Source: Oculina patagonica (Eukaryota). From it: DNA of 64,000 nucleotides. The DNA is taken from the NCBI RefSeq assembly GCF_052425735.1, contig NC_135763.1, positions 1,426,001 through 1,490,000 of the forward strand, given 5' to 3'. Under the pieces are notes generated by a model. That model was not told where the DNA came from and did no database searches. It saw only the letters and a list, made by a program, of their open reading frames with translations. Of this stretch, positions 11,996 to 23,600 are shown one piece after another (within the stretch, counting starts at the first letter, position 1; the number at the start of each line of letters is the position of its first letter). The translations under genes were made by a program, and so were the position numbers.

Positions 11996-14612
11996 AAGAT
12001 GCAGTCAATTTACGGGAAAATATAGACAACTGGATGGAAAATTAAAAACGTAACTAAACGCTTTCTAGCCAAGCTACATCTTTCAAACTTGGTGAATAAA
12101 AACTTTTGCCTAGCATTTTAACTTTACAATTCATAATTTGTCCAGAATTCAATTTTTGAAAAAAAATATTGCCGTCGGATTTCCATACACACACTATAAT
12201 TTCTCACTGCGTTGCCTACCTGCAAGATGGCGTGAAAAACCGTGATAAGGCCAATTAAAACATTTTTTTCGTGGTGTTCTGTTTTCCAACGTGGAATCTG
12301 TGAGCTTCAATGTGAGCTAACAAACGGATAAAAATGTTTAGATTCGTTAGTTAGCAGAGTTGAAGGGCCAAAAGTTTTCAAGTTCGATTCAAGTCTACTT
12401 TGAGATCGACTTTGAGGCTTGTGAACTATCATTGTTCATTCAATTCGGAAAAATAGTATGTTATCCTTTTCACCTTTCACTGTGACTTCTTGTCTGTAGC
12501 GTTATTTGGTTTCGCTGGCAGACTGAAGTCAACATGAGTTTCGGATGAGTTTATTAGCGGTCAAATGGCGAAGATGCATGGATCTACTTGGATTTTAAAC
12601 ACTACACTTAGAAATCGATTAGAAAAGAACTCTCGATTTTTATTGTTGTTGTCGTCGTTGTTGTAAGCTTATGGTTTGGAAATCTGTTCGAGTTAAAAAT
12701 AGTTTAAAAGCTTTACTTACCTGTCTTTCCTGTGCTTTCCCATCTTTACAAATCCGAACAGTTCTTAGACCGTAACCAAAGCGTCGAAATTTAAAGCGGT
12801 CAACTGAAGCATGTGCTTTGAAAGTGACGTCACAAAAATAATATCTCCCTTGGGGAGTAGTCCGCCTGGCAAATTTTGCAAGCTTAACATGAGGCAGATC
12901 TAGAGCGCCTGCCAAATATCTAAAATATAGAACACCTGCGATTATTATTTGGAGACAGAGAGGGTGAGGAGAACTTATTTTCTCTTTGCAAGTATTCAAT
13001 ATTCTTGATTAAAAAACTGAGTATTCAATATTCCTTACAATTTTGAGCCAATATTCAATATTCCTTTACAATTTCAAGCCAGTATTCAATATTCATTATT
13101 CCGCTTCAACCCCCGAACCTACTGGCAATCAATACAAAAATTGCATTAAAAAAAATTACAGTTATGATATCAAACATTTTTAGTGTAATTTTTATTTTCA
13201 ATTAATACAACAACTATCAAAGGTTGTGCTTGATTTCTGATAAGCAGATAATTAACATTTTATTGAAGTAAACCAGAGATAGTAGAAATGACATCCCAAA
13301 GACAGATGAATTGTTATTTGTATCGATGGATTCATACTGTTGTTGCATTATCTTTGTCGCGTCTGGCTTAAATGAGCGTCCATGGAATAACTAAAAGGCA
13401 ACTAACTCTCGGGCTCTACGAAAAAAATTCTACACAAAACAATTATGGAAAGGATAACTAATTTTCTTGTCATTTACACTCGGATTTACAAGACAACTTC
13501 GATAAACGGAAATGAGTACCTGTCTCTCTTGGAGTTCGGAAAATGTCATTAGACATTTCAACGTCTCTTTGCCGTAAAGGATTTAAAGCTTTTTAACTTC
13601 ACAGAGAGTGCCTCGTATGCTCCTGGCTCTTTTCAAGCTGAGCTGGGACATGAAGCGTGCGAAAATGGTGGTGAAGTCCGTCGTCTTATTAATAAGAATA
13701 TTTTTCATAAAAGATGTGTCCAAGGCGCTCTGTGCTGTAAAAATGCTAAATAGACGGCTCTTTTGCTGTTTTTAATACACTTTTCAGGGTTGATGACATT
13801 TTGGTCTGCCATATTGAATGCAAGATCTGCCAGGCGCTCCGCGGCTCGCTCCCTAACCATCAATCCCCGCGCTCCCTGTTTTCCCGCCTTACCGCCTCAA
13901 CGTCCGGCCAATCGGCGCCTGGGGACGAGGCAGATTCTCAACATGCAACAGGAACTGCAGTTGCCCGCTGTCCCAGATCAGACCTGTTTGTGGTGCGGAC
14001 AAGTTAACATATTTTTCGCCTTGTTTTGCCGGTTGTACGTCATCAGCCGCAAAAGGGGTAAAATAAAACGCACAGTGCTCAATTACTATTATTAATACTA
14101 ACACTTATCTAAATTCTACACAAATTTGTTATGAAAGGTTTAGGCTGTTCCTGGCATTCGGTTAGTTGAACCCGAAAAGAACGCCGTTTTTTTGCGCTGC
14201 TCCTCAACTGCAAAAAGAAAGCGTACTGGCACGTTTAAAAGGTTTAAGGTGGTCAACATGCAAAGTGAAACGTTTGCAGAATGTAAAGCTTAACAGTCTC
14301 AAAAAAGGCTAAGTATTTATGAGGAAATCTAGCTTTAACTCATCAAATGTCTTTTCTATGGCAGGTTTTCTCCAAATGCAGTTGTTTAACAGCAGATTTC
14401 TTCAATGTCTCAGGCCCTGAGACTGTTCGTGGATTTTGTGACCGTGGCTTCAGTTGTGATAACTACATTATATTTCTGGTTATTTTAGTGTCGATTCTCT
14501 TCATTAATTTTTTCCTCGCCGTTCCTCAGAAGACTGTGATATTAAGGTGAGAGAGATGTATAGAAATATTGAAATATAAGTACAAGATACTTAAAGTAAG
14601 ATTAACTACTCA

Positions 14613-14940
14613 TTAGTTGGTTGGTTAGTTGGTTGGTTGGCTTGTTGGCTTGTTAACTGGCAGGCTGGCTGGCTGGTTAGTTGGTTGGTTGGTTGGCTGG
14701 TTGGCTTGTTGGCAGGCTGGCTGGTTGGTTGGCTTGTTGGCTAGCTGACTGGCAGGCTGGCTGGCTGGTTGGTTGGTTCGATGGTTGGCTCGTTGGCTGA
14801 CTGGCTGAATGGCTGGTTGGCTTGTTAGCTGATTAGTTGGTTGGCTGGTTGACTGAGTTGGTTGGTTGGTTGGCCCGGTTGGTTGGTTGGTTGGCTGGCT
14901 GGTTGGTTTGCTTCTTCGTTGGTAGAATGGTTGCATGGTT
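14613..14940. repeat. Degenerate (GGTT/GGCT)n tetranucleotide microsatellite in SLCO-A intron
   Basis: Direct reading; it generates the spurious QPTN ORF. Confidence 0.95.
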
Positions 14941-17640
14941 GAATGCTTATTAAACTACAGCATGGGTTGTGCAAGAAGCTCACAGTTCATTAATGTTCCG
15001 TTTCCAGGTCGGTTCCTGATAACATACGCTCCTACGCGTTTGGCTTTTCGTTCATACTTCAGAGGTCTCTTGGACTCCTTCCAGGCCCCATAGTGTACGG
15101 TTGGGGGTTTGTTGACACTCAGTGTCTTGTCTGGGGCCGGAGCTGCAGCAGACGAGGAAGCTGTCAATTCTATGACGTAAACGGCCTATCCTATGGCTTT
15201 ATGTACCTCGGTGGAACATTTCAAGGTGAATAAAATGTAAGGCTATTGTCACGTATCACGTATGGGCACCATAGTAAAATAAGATCAAAAGAAGTTCGTT
15301 ACAGCATCGGAACCCGGTTTAGGTTCTAGGGTGCAACTTCTATAAGGTTCATTTCATTTACTTCTGAGATAAGATCTGAATCTTGCTGCGACCCGATACC
15401 TTTTTAACTGTTTTAAACCGTCCGTGTCACGGTTAGTTGTGAACTTTAAAACGGCTTTATCACTTTTCGACCACAAAATATCGATTAATTTTCTGGGATG
15501 AACCGACGTCAAAAATAAAGAAACAGCTAATGCTGCCATTTATTGTCACCGTCCAACAGAGCTTTACTCGGCATATGACGCCATCGTGTCATTTGACTCG
15601 CCATAGGAATTAGTCACATATGATTGCATTGCCTCGCGGACATTGGAAAGAAAAGATTAGTTGTTGATTAGTCTTAAATTTGAGAAATTAATGGGTGAAG
15701 TCTTGCGCTTTTGTTTTGTTTAATTTGAATTAATTACCTAAAACATTCTTCTGTTCTGTCTCTTTAGGGATGGCTACTTTGTTCTATCTTATTTCGTTTT
15801 GGTTCTGCAAGCGGAACGCCTCAAAGAAAGTAAAGAGGGATAACATATCTACTGACGAAGTCAAAGAAGTAATTTGGAAAGAGACAACTTTGTGAAGAAA
15901 CTATTTTTAAGATCGACGGTTAGGAAAAACCGAGCAAAACCTTGATTTCGTGGCAGAAGTGCGAGCAAGAAATTAAACGGTTTCTGGGGTGGGGGGCGGG
16001 GGAGGAAAAGAGACTGCAGTAAGTGAACATTCATCGTACAAGAGCATTTTAGAGAGTTGTAGACCTTTTGGGTTTTCCTTTGTATATATATTTTCTTTTT
16101 TAGCAAAAGTCTTATAAGTCGCGGCAGGAAAATTTAATTTGACTTTTTCTTATCGTTTAATATTATTTTTCTTGGTTAATTAGCATAATCTTGCTGAAAT
16201 AAAGTTATTATTCATTCATTCATAGGGCAGTACCACACAATAACAACAAAATTAGTCGCCATGTCGATCGAGCAGAAATCATTTTATTAAGTAGTACTTT
16301 ATATTATGGATAAGTTTTACTTTGAAAATGATTGATACGTGCATTAAAAATACCCCCAAAACCTTTAGCATATTAGCTGGTTATATGTTGTAAGCAACTT
16401 CATATGCTACATTTGTTGTATGGCAATTTCTTTGCCAAACGTAATAATATAAACGAAACAAGCAAAGATAAGTGACTACACAAGTTTTTCTCCGACCGGT
16501 CGGAAAATTGATTGCGATTCAGATCGTTGGGCCGTCACAGTCGACCCGCGGAACCGCCATCTTGATTCATTTGGGGATCGAAATCTGACAGAAGATAGGA
16601 CAAATCTTCTCCGGGTATGGGGACGGGTAGGTGACGCGACGGCCGGATTCTACAAAGGACTATTCACAGTGTAGGAGGATGGGGACCATATTAAAAGACC
16701 TTATCATGCAAAAGGATAAAAAACAAAAGAATGTTCTCAACTACCGTATAGCCCTACCTTAAAATCGTTTGTCTTTTCGTGCAGAATGGGAAATACCCCT
16801 ACCTTTTTCCCTAGAATAAACGTCTCCCTCCTTTCCTCTGTCTTACGTTTCCTGTCTGGTCAATTAATAGTAATGATGTCACAAGGCAATTAAAACCTGT
16901 TTGTGCTGTTACTTAATTCTTATTTACAAGCATTATTTCGAGGTTTAACTTACTATAAGATATCAAAACGGGAACTAAATAGCTTCTTATTGTTTAGGTC
17001 GACATGCACTGAAAATCTGCTCTTTTTCCAAGTGCTTTCATAGCATAGGTACGTGCACTTTTAATTTTTGTTTAATTGTTGCGGTCTTAGAAAATGCTGT
17101 AAACCACTTGGCACGATTACAGTTGTAGGCCATTGTCAAGTCCTCCGTCCACACGGGCATCTCTTTTGATTACGCACCCACTTAGAGTCTACTTAGTAAC
17201 CAAAACCTTACCTATCAAGTGAACGAATATTAATTGAGGGTAGGTTCCAAGTCATCAAATGTTTGTTTTTTCCTCTGATTCACTTTCAGTAACCTATAGT
17301 GTTTTTAATTATGAAAAGGAACATTTCTCCAAGTCTATTAAATCTAACCAAGCTTATATATACATGGAATAGGGCTTGGGTTGACCGAGCGATGATGGAG
17401 ATCAAAAACACAAGCAACAGTAGAATCCCGATTTCTCGACTCTCGTTTCCTCGAAACTCCCGATTTTCGTTTCCCCTGGAGGTTCAAGAAATCAGGATTC
17501 TGCTGTATTTCGATAACAGAATAATTTACATGTGAATTGCAGGAACTAAACACAAATATAGCCTCCATCCTTTTCTTACAAAGGCCGGGCTGCTGACCAA
17601 GCAATTGTAAAATGCAATAAGTTTGTGCTAAAGTGTTGCC

Positions 17641-20600
17641 TCAAAGTGTAGTTTCTTTGGACACTTCAGTACTCAACAGTTCATTTGTTTCAGGTTGGTC
17701 TGAAACTTGACTTCTTTCTTCAGTGTCATAGCTTGATTTGCAGAACCAAAAGGTCAGGAAATAGAACACTAAAGCCAGACCTGAAGATAACAAAGAGGAA
17801 GATTCTTATTATGGTCATGATTATTATTGGATAACCCCACGAAAAAAAAACTGAGAAAAAATCACGCGACATAGACATTGACCTAGTCATGAACATAGAC
17901 TTAGACGTAGACAAATACATAAACATAGACACAGACATAGACATAGACATAGACATAGACACCGACATAGACATTGACATAGACATAGACCCAGATATAG
18001 ACTTAGACATAGACACAGACATAGACATAGACATAGACATAGACATAGAAATAGACATTGACATAGACATAGACATAGACATAGACATAGACACAGACAT
18101 GAACATGGACCTAGAGTCAAGATATTGAGCATCAAACTTAACAGAACGACTCAGAACGATCTAGACAGATATCTATCTAGTAAGAAACGAGAGGCACCGT
18201 GAACAGTAAACTAATGGTTAGTGCAAGCATCAAACGGCTGGGTGCTCCTGTGTTAACAAGAGCAACAATGGCTTAAAAGTCAGACCAAAGTAATCTCTCT
18301 GGAAATCACAAAGAATACTGATAATACAGTAAACCAACCAAATTTACAGTGTGTCTACTCCAACCAAGGCCACCCGATATGTTAAAACAATAAAAATGAT
18401 CACAAATTTACTGCTTCTATAGCATGCAGCTGGTGTAGATCCACATTTTGTAAAAAAATCCATTGTTAACATACAAGGTTTTCATTTCCTATTTTGCACA
18501 GATTTTGTCAGGTGGCCTTGGTTGTAGTCGGCCGCACTGTAAAGCAAATAGGGAGCTTCAGCAAACCACGACGGCAACGTGAACGAGAACGTCGCCAAAC
18601 AAAAGGTTTAACGAGCAAAATAATAACTCTGCACGTGCGTTTAAAATCCTGGTACTGTTCTTGGCCGTTCTCTGTGAAACAACTACGTGAAATGACCAAG
18701 TTCTTCGTACATTGGAGAACGTGAACAAAGACAATTATATTTCCGTATTTCTATTTGGGGAACTCTCGTCTTACATATTTAGCTTCGGTTAGTTCCTAAA
18801 CCAATAGATACACTGAATACATCTGGATAATTGCGAAATTCTCGAGTAAAATATAAATTCATTTTTCACCAGGCGTTGTCCTCGGCATCGCCGTCGTCTT
18901 TGCTAACGCTCCCTAATAATTATGTAGCCAGTGCGATTTAGCGCATGGAAAACGCATGCGAGCGAGTCAAGATTTGTCAAGGTTGAATTAAGAAGGTGGC
19001 GCGAGTTTTTCTTTTCACCACTCGCAATGTGTATTAATATAAGTTCAAAGTAAATGCAAATTATTTTCGACGCTCAAGTGGAAACTGGAGCGGAGTGGAG
19101 CTGAAGTTTAGTGCAGACACCTATCACACTGATCCATCTAGGTCCAATTCAATTTTTGGCATAGTAGCATACTTTATCTTTACCTTAGTTAGCAATAGAA
19201 CTGGACACAATCATGACGATGGTTAACTGAAAAACTTGCCTTTTAAACTACACCCAATAACTGTTATCCTCAAGGACAAGTTCCAAATATCATATATTTG
19301 GCATCGCCCTTGTTTTCCACAACTTTCTCCCCAGAAGAGACAAAGAGAATCAAACATCCAACCAAACACGATGGGTCCTGGCAAAAATCCAAGAGTGCGC
19401 TGGAAAATGAACTGGAAACCAAGAGAGTAGGATCTTTGATTGTCTGGTACACACCTGGTGGAAGAAAATGAAAGTTAAAACGGCTGTACTGTACAATTTT
19501 TAATTTTACTTATAGCCTTTGAAAGTATTTACTCGTTTCCCTCGAGAAGGACAGAATCAACTTGAAACTCAAAATTTGAAGTTGAAACTTTTTTTTCTTT
19601 AATTTCCTAAAGAAACTGTTCTACTTTGTCGGCGGGTAATTAAAAGTTCAAGTAGCTTGCGTACAAGACATATATCCCCTGCTTTATGATCGATCGTTTT
19701 CATCACGATAAAGAAGAACTAACAACTTAACCCACCAATTTCTCCGATCCCGTGTGGCCTCGAGGCTCAGTCAGTTAGAGCAACGTCTAGTCCGAAGGTC
19801 GTGGGTTCGAATCCCACCCAACTCAAAATAATTTTATTTTGCCTTATGTGGTCTCCTATCTCTTTAAAGGAGCAATGTCACCGTATATAAGTCATTTTTC
19901 TGCTAATTCCTTTCAAAGTGAAGGAAACCTCAAACTAATAGTTTTCTAACATAGCAAAATAACAAAGGAGTAATAAAAAGGCAAAAATTACCAAGAATGG
20001 TTCCGACTGATAAAAATTAATACAAATTTCGAACGACAAATGTGAAAAACTTTGCCATTTTTTTCAATTAAATGTGTTCTCTGTGACGAAGCTCCTACGT
20101 AATACATGAGGGCAAACGATTAGTAAAGGAAAAATGTGCTCATGAATTTCAGTCCGTCAATTTTCGGATTTCACGTAAGACGAAATTAGACTTGTTTGCA
20201 CATAAGAGTCAAAGGATTAGTGTTTCTTACCGCAGGACCACTGTCTTGTTCGGTATCGCTGTTAAGAAAACCGCCAAAAGTAAAAAACAGCTGACCAGAA
20301 GAAAGTAGTAAAAATTCTTGCATCCCGGTCCTCTGTCACAGTAGCCTTTCTCGGCTAAAGCTTGACTTCCATTGAATGTAGGACCAATACAGCTACAGTT
20401 GAAAGCCTAAAAAGAAGATACTTAAACGTCGGGAAAACCCTGGACAGTCGGAGATTTCGTTGTTTTCCGACCGTTCAAAACATTCCCGACAAATTAAAAG
20501 AATTCAAAGCGTTCTTTTTATTCCCTGATCCGTGTGATATTGCAGCTGCGATGATCGCAAAAATCTTTCCGACTTTTGAAAATATGAATCTGATTATCTG

Positions 20601-23600
20601 GAACCTGAGTTCCAACCCTTTATACTGTCCTTGGCTTTGGTCTCAAAACGAAGCTTGCATCTAATATGGAACAGTGTCCTATATCGGAAACATCTGGAAC
20701 GGTCAGAACGGTTACCGTAGGGTATTAACAAGCACCCTGATTCATCTCGGATTTTCCCGATATGTGAAAACCAGGCTAAAGGGCCAACGATTGTAGTCTT
20801 GGAGCAAATGCCGAGGAAAAATATTACCTTGAAGAAAAATGTTCTATTTCTCACCAAACGCAGTTAGAAGTACCCATTGTTAGAAGTACCCATTTCATTT
20901 GCTATGCAATCTTTCTTCCCTACCAAGCCCACGAAGGAGAGTTCTCAGACCCAAACGGGTTTCCAAAATCTATATTTCATATTTCATACCTTTGTTCCTA
21001 TCACCTTTGAACACCCAGCATGACAAGGCGAAAAGTAAGTCAACTTATCAACTCCACATACGGGGTTTATGTTCGCGTTTGAGCAGCTGCAGTTCATATT
21101 GCATGGGGCCACTGGACTTCTCGTTTGCAACTGGCTATTGATCAAAAAAGCAACAAGCAAAAAATTAAATGGAGGTTGAGTTTGTTCCAATCCGAGGGAT
21201 CTTAGAGGCCCAATGGCTTATTCCGGTGCTTAACTTTGGTGTCTGTAGCAGGGAGTGACTATTCCCCTTGATGAGCAGATAATTTTTCATCAGGGTAGTT
21301 AAAAATTAACTGAACTGCCCATTTATCATCTAGGTCACTAATAAATGGATTTCGATAACAATTTTCGTTGGGTACTTTTGCGCTGTGCGGCCAAGAACGA
21401 AAGAAACTAAACGTTCTTTTAAGAATAAAAGATTTTGTCACCTAAAGAATGTGCTCGCTCATTGTTGTAGCCTGCGTTGTAGACAGCTCGGCCCCGGGGT
21501 TGAGTTCGTCTGCGACGCAGTATATTAGTGGTGGTGCAGTCGTCCATTTCCCCCGGGAGGGGGGGGGGGGGGCACTTCCTATATTGGCCTATACGGGGAG
21601 GCTCTGCCCGAAAGGGGTACCTTTTTCATGCTTCAGGTATATAAAAGGGTAGGGATTTCACAAGCTAAGGTATATAAAATGGTAGGCATATCGCTCATTT
21701 AGGTATTTAAAAATGCCTTCAATTAAAAGATTATGAACAGACGCACCTTATGGAGGTATCATTTAAATTTATCAAACACTACATAAAAATGGCATCAAGA
21801 CTTCTTGTTTTAGGCATTTGTCATGTCTTTTCGGTATATGAAAGGGGTACCTTTTTTCAGTAAATGGTAAACGAAAGTGCTGCCTTTTCTGTCAAAATGG
21901 TATATAAAAGGGTAAGGGGTTGGACTTCAGGCCGGAGCCTCCCCGTACAAAACGTTTTTGAGTAGCCTCCCCCCCCCGGGCCATTTCCTTCCTATTTTTG
22001 TCCCTTCCTGTCTCGTCTCGTGATTGGCACGGAACGTGACATCTGAGCCTGTCACAAGTTATTGCAAGCTCACTTCCTTATTAATTTTTTTAGGACACTA
22101 ACCTGTTGAAATAAGGTTTGACGACTCCCGCCAAATTCACCTGATCACATCCAGGAATAATAAAGGAACTTATAGTCCATAAGGTGATAAATTGAAATAT
22201 CAAGCAGAACTTTGCAGAATGTCGACAGGACTTCTTCAAATTGAACCTTCTAACGATCACACCGCTCAACATGATACCACCTGCAAGACGATCATCGATA
22301 ATTCGAGATTAATGCTAATTCAACGTTTACTGAGTGACCAGTTCAGCTAGCTCCATAACAGGATTTATTGTTCAACAAATGCGCACGCTGCCCATATATG
22401 GTCAAAATGTGATTGTTATCTATCCTCCGTACACAACAGATATCCTACGATATACGTAGGTTGTCAAAGTTCGTCCGAAATCTTGGAAATGCTGCACAAC
22501 CCCAGTTTTTTCTATCTGCAAAATGTTTTTGTTGACAATTTGTTGAATAATAAAACAATTATCCTGCTTAATCTTGCGGTATCAGGCGATATTCCGCGCG
22601 ATTTCGAATTGTTAAAAATTGGCCACCATCAATTCAGTTTTGGTGATGAATTTCGCTAGCTATTTCAAAGCCAGTTTAACTTTTGACAGCAGAGGAAAAT
22701 TTTAAGAATATTGCATCGTGCTGTATATTTCATCGCAAGTTCTACTAAGAATTATTATCAAACACCGCTTGGAGTACAAATAAAGTACGAAACAAGTAAA
22801 GATAACTCACGATATTTGTACTCTAAAAGACCGTTTTAACAGGTTCTGTACACGTATAGTCCACTTATTTCTCCTTGCCGCCGCGCAAATGATTCAAATA
22901 TGGTGAAAAAAGATAACAGATCTCGTGCTTCTGTGGAAAAAAGAGGAAGTCAAAAAGATTTAGATACCTGCTGCGCCAACAACAAATATGGCTCCCAGAC
23001 TAATCCCTGCCATTCCTGGGTTAATACCAAACTTCAGCTGGGCAAACTTCGCAATAAACGCTTCAATCCCTGCCCCGACCAGCGACGCAGATGTTACAGC
23101 CAGCGTATTGAACATGTAGGTTGGATTTTTTAAGAGCTGCATTGTGGCTGGAACGATATCTCTCAATTTTCCTCGCAGTTTGTTGTCCTTTTTTGGCAAG
23201 TCCCCCTCTTTAATTGCTTTATCTCGCATCTCTTTTGATCCGGGTAGTTCACGGGGGAAACCGAGGATTAAAATGGCGCTTATAAACATCACCACACCAG
23301 CTACAGTGTATCCTAGCCACCAGGCCCCTATCCACTGTGGATTCCTTGGAGTTAAGTTAGCTCCCTCGGGCTACGTTTGAAAAAACAATTCTAAGAACAT
23401 GATGGTGGGAATCAGAGTACAAACTAAGCTTCTCAAAAGCGACTATCCTGGAATACAGAGTAAAAAGAGGATATACATGCATAGAGAAAAGAACAAACGG
23501 CATTTTTCTTCTTTATATTTTCATCTTGTGTGGCACAGTGGCAAATTTAATGCTAAAGCCAATATGGCTGTGGTGTATACTCAAAAGACCGTAACAAGCG

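Larger units (their letters stand above)
4046..13933. mobile_element. 9,888-bp composite TIR DNA transposon (10-bp TSD; AcademH- or Mutator-like by TSD length)
   Basis: Perfect 18-bp TIR CTGCCTCGTCCCCAGGCG / CGCCTGGGGACGAGGCAG. Exact TSD ATTCTCAACA at 4036-4045 and 13934-13943. Subterminal inverted pair 4160-4172 / 13824-13836. Removing it restores a 145-bp exon, the same size as in both paralogs. Confidence 0.93.
2873..15895 (+). pseudogene. OATP/SLCO transporter paralog A, 3' half; Kazal exon interrupted by a 9.9-kb transposon (disrupted allele)
   Basis: Exons 2873-3050 (GGIFIGGLLVRRFKL...PGC...PYWD), 4015-4045 + 13944-14057 (PTKDSSLFST|CNRNCSCPLSQIRPVCGADKLTYFSPCFAGC), 14365-14546, 15008-15225 (SYAFGFSFILQRSLGLLPGPIVYG...CLVW), 15768-15895 (...KETTL*). 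All GT-AG, phases match paralogs B and C. The 5' exons lie upstream of the window. Confidence 0.85.

Noticed and set aside
13827-13933. First read as a standalone 107-bp MITE with an AT TSD
   Set aside because: The exact 18-bp TIR partner at 4046 and the 10-bp TSD show it is the right end of the 9.9-kb element.
14625-18135. Low-complexity ORFs (QPTN, poly-MS, poly-CL, poly-DI)
   Set aside because: Translations of intronic microsatellites.
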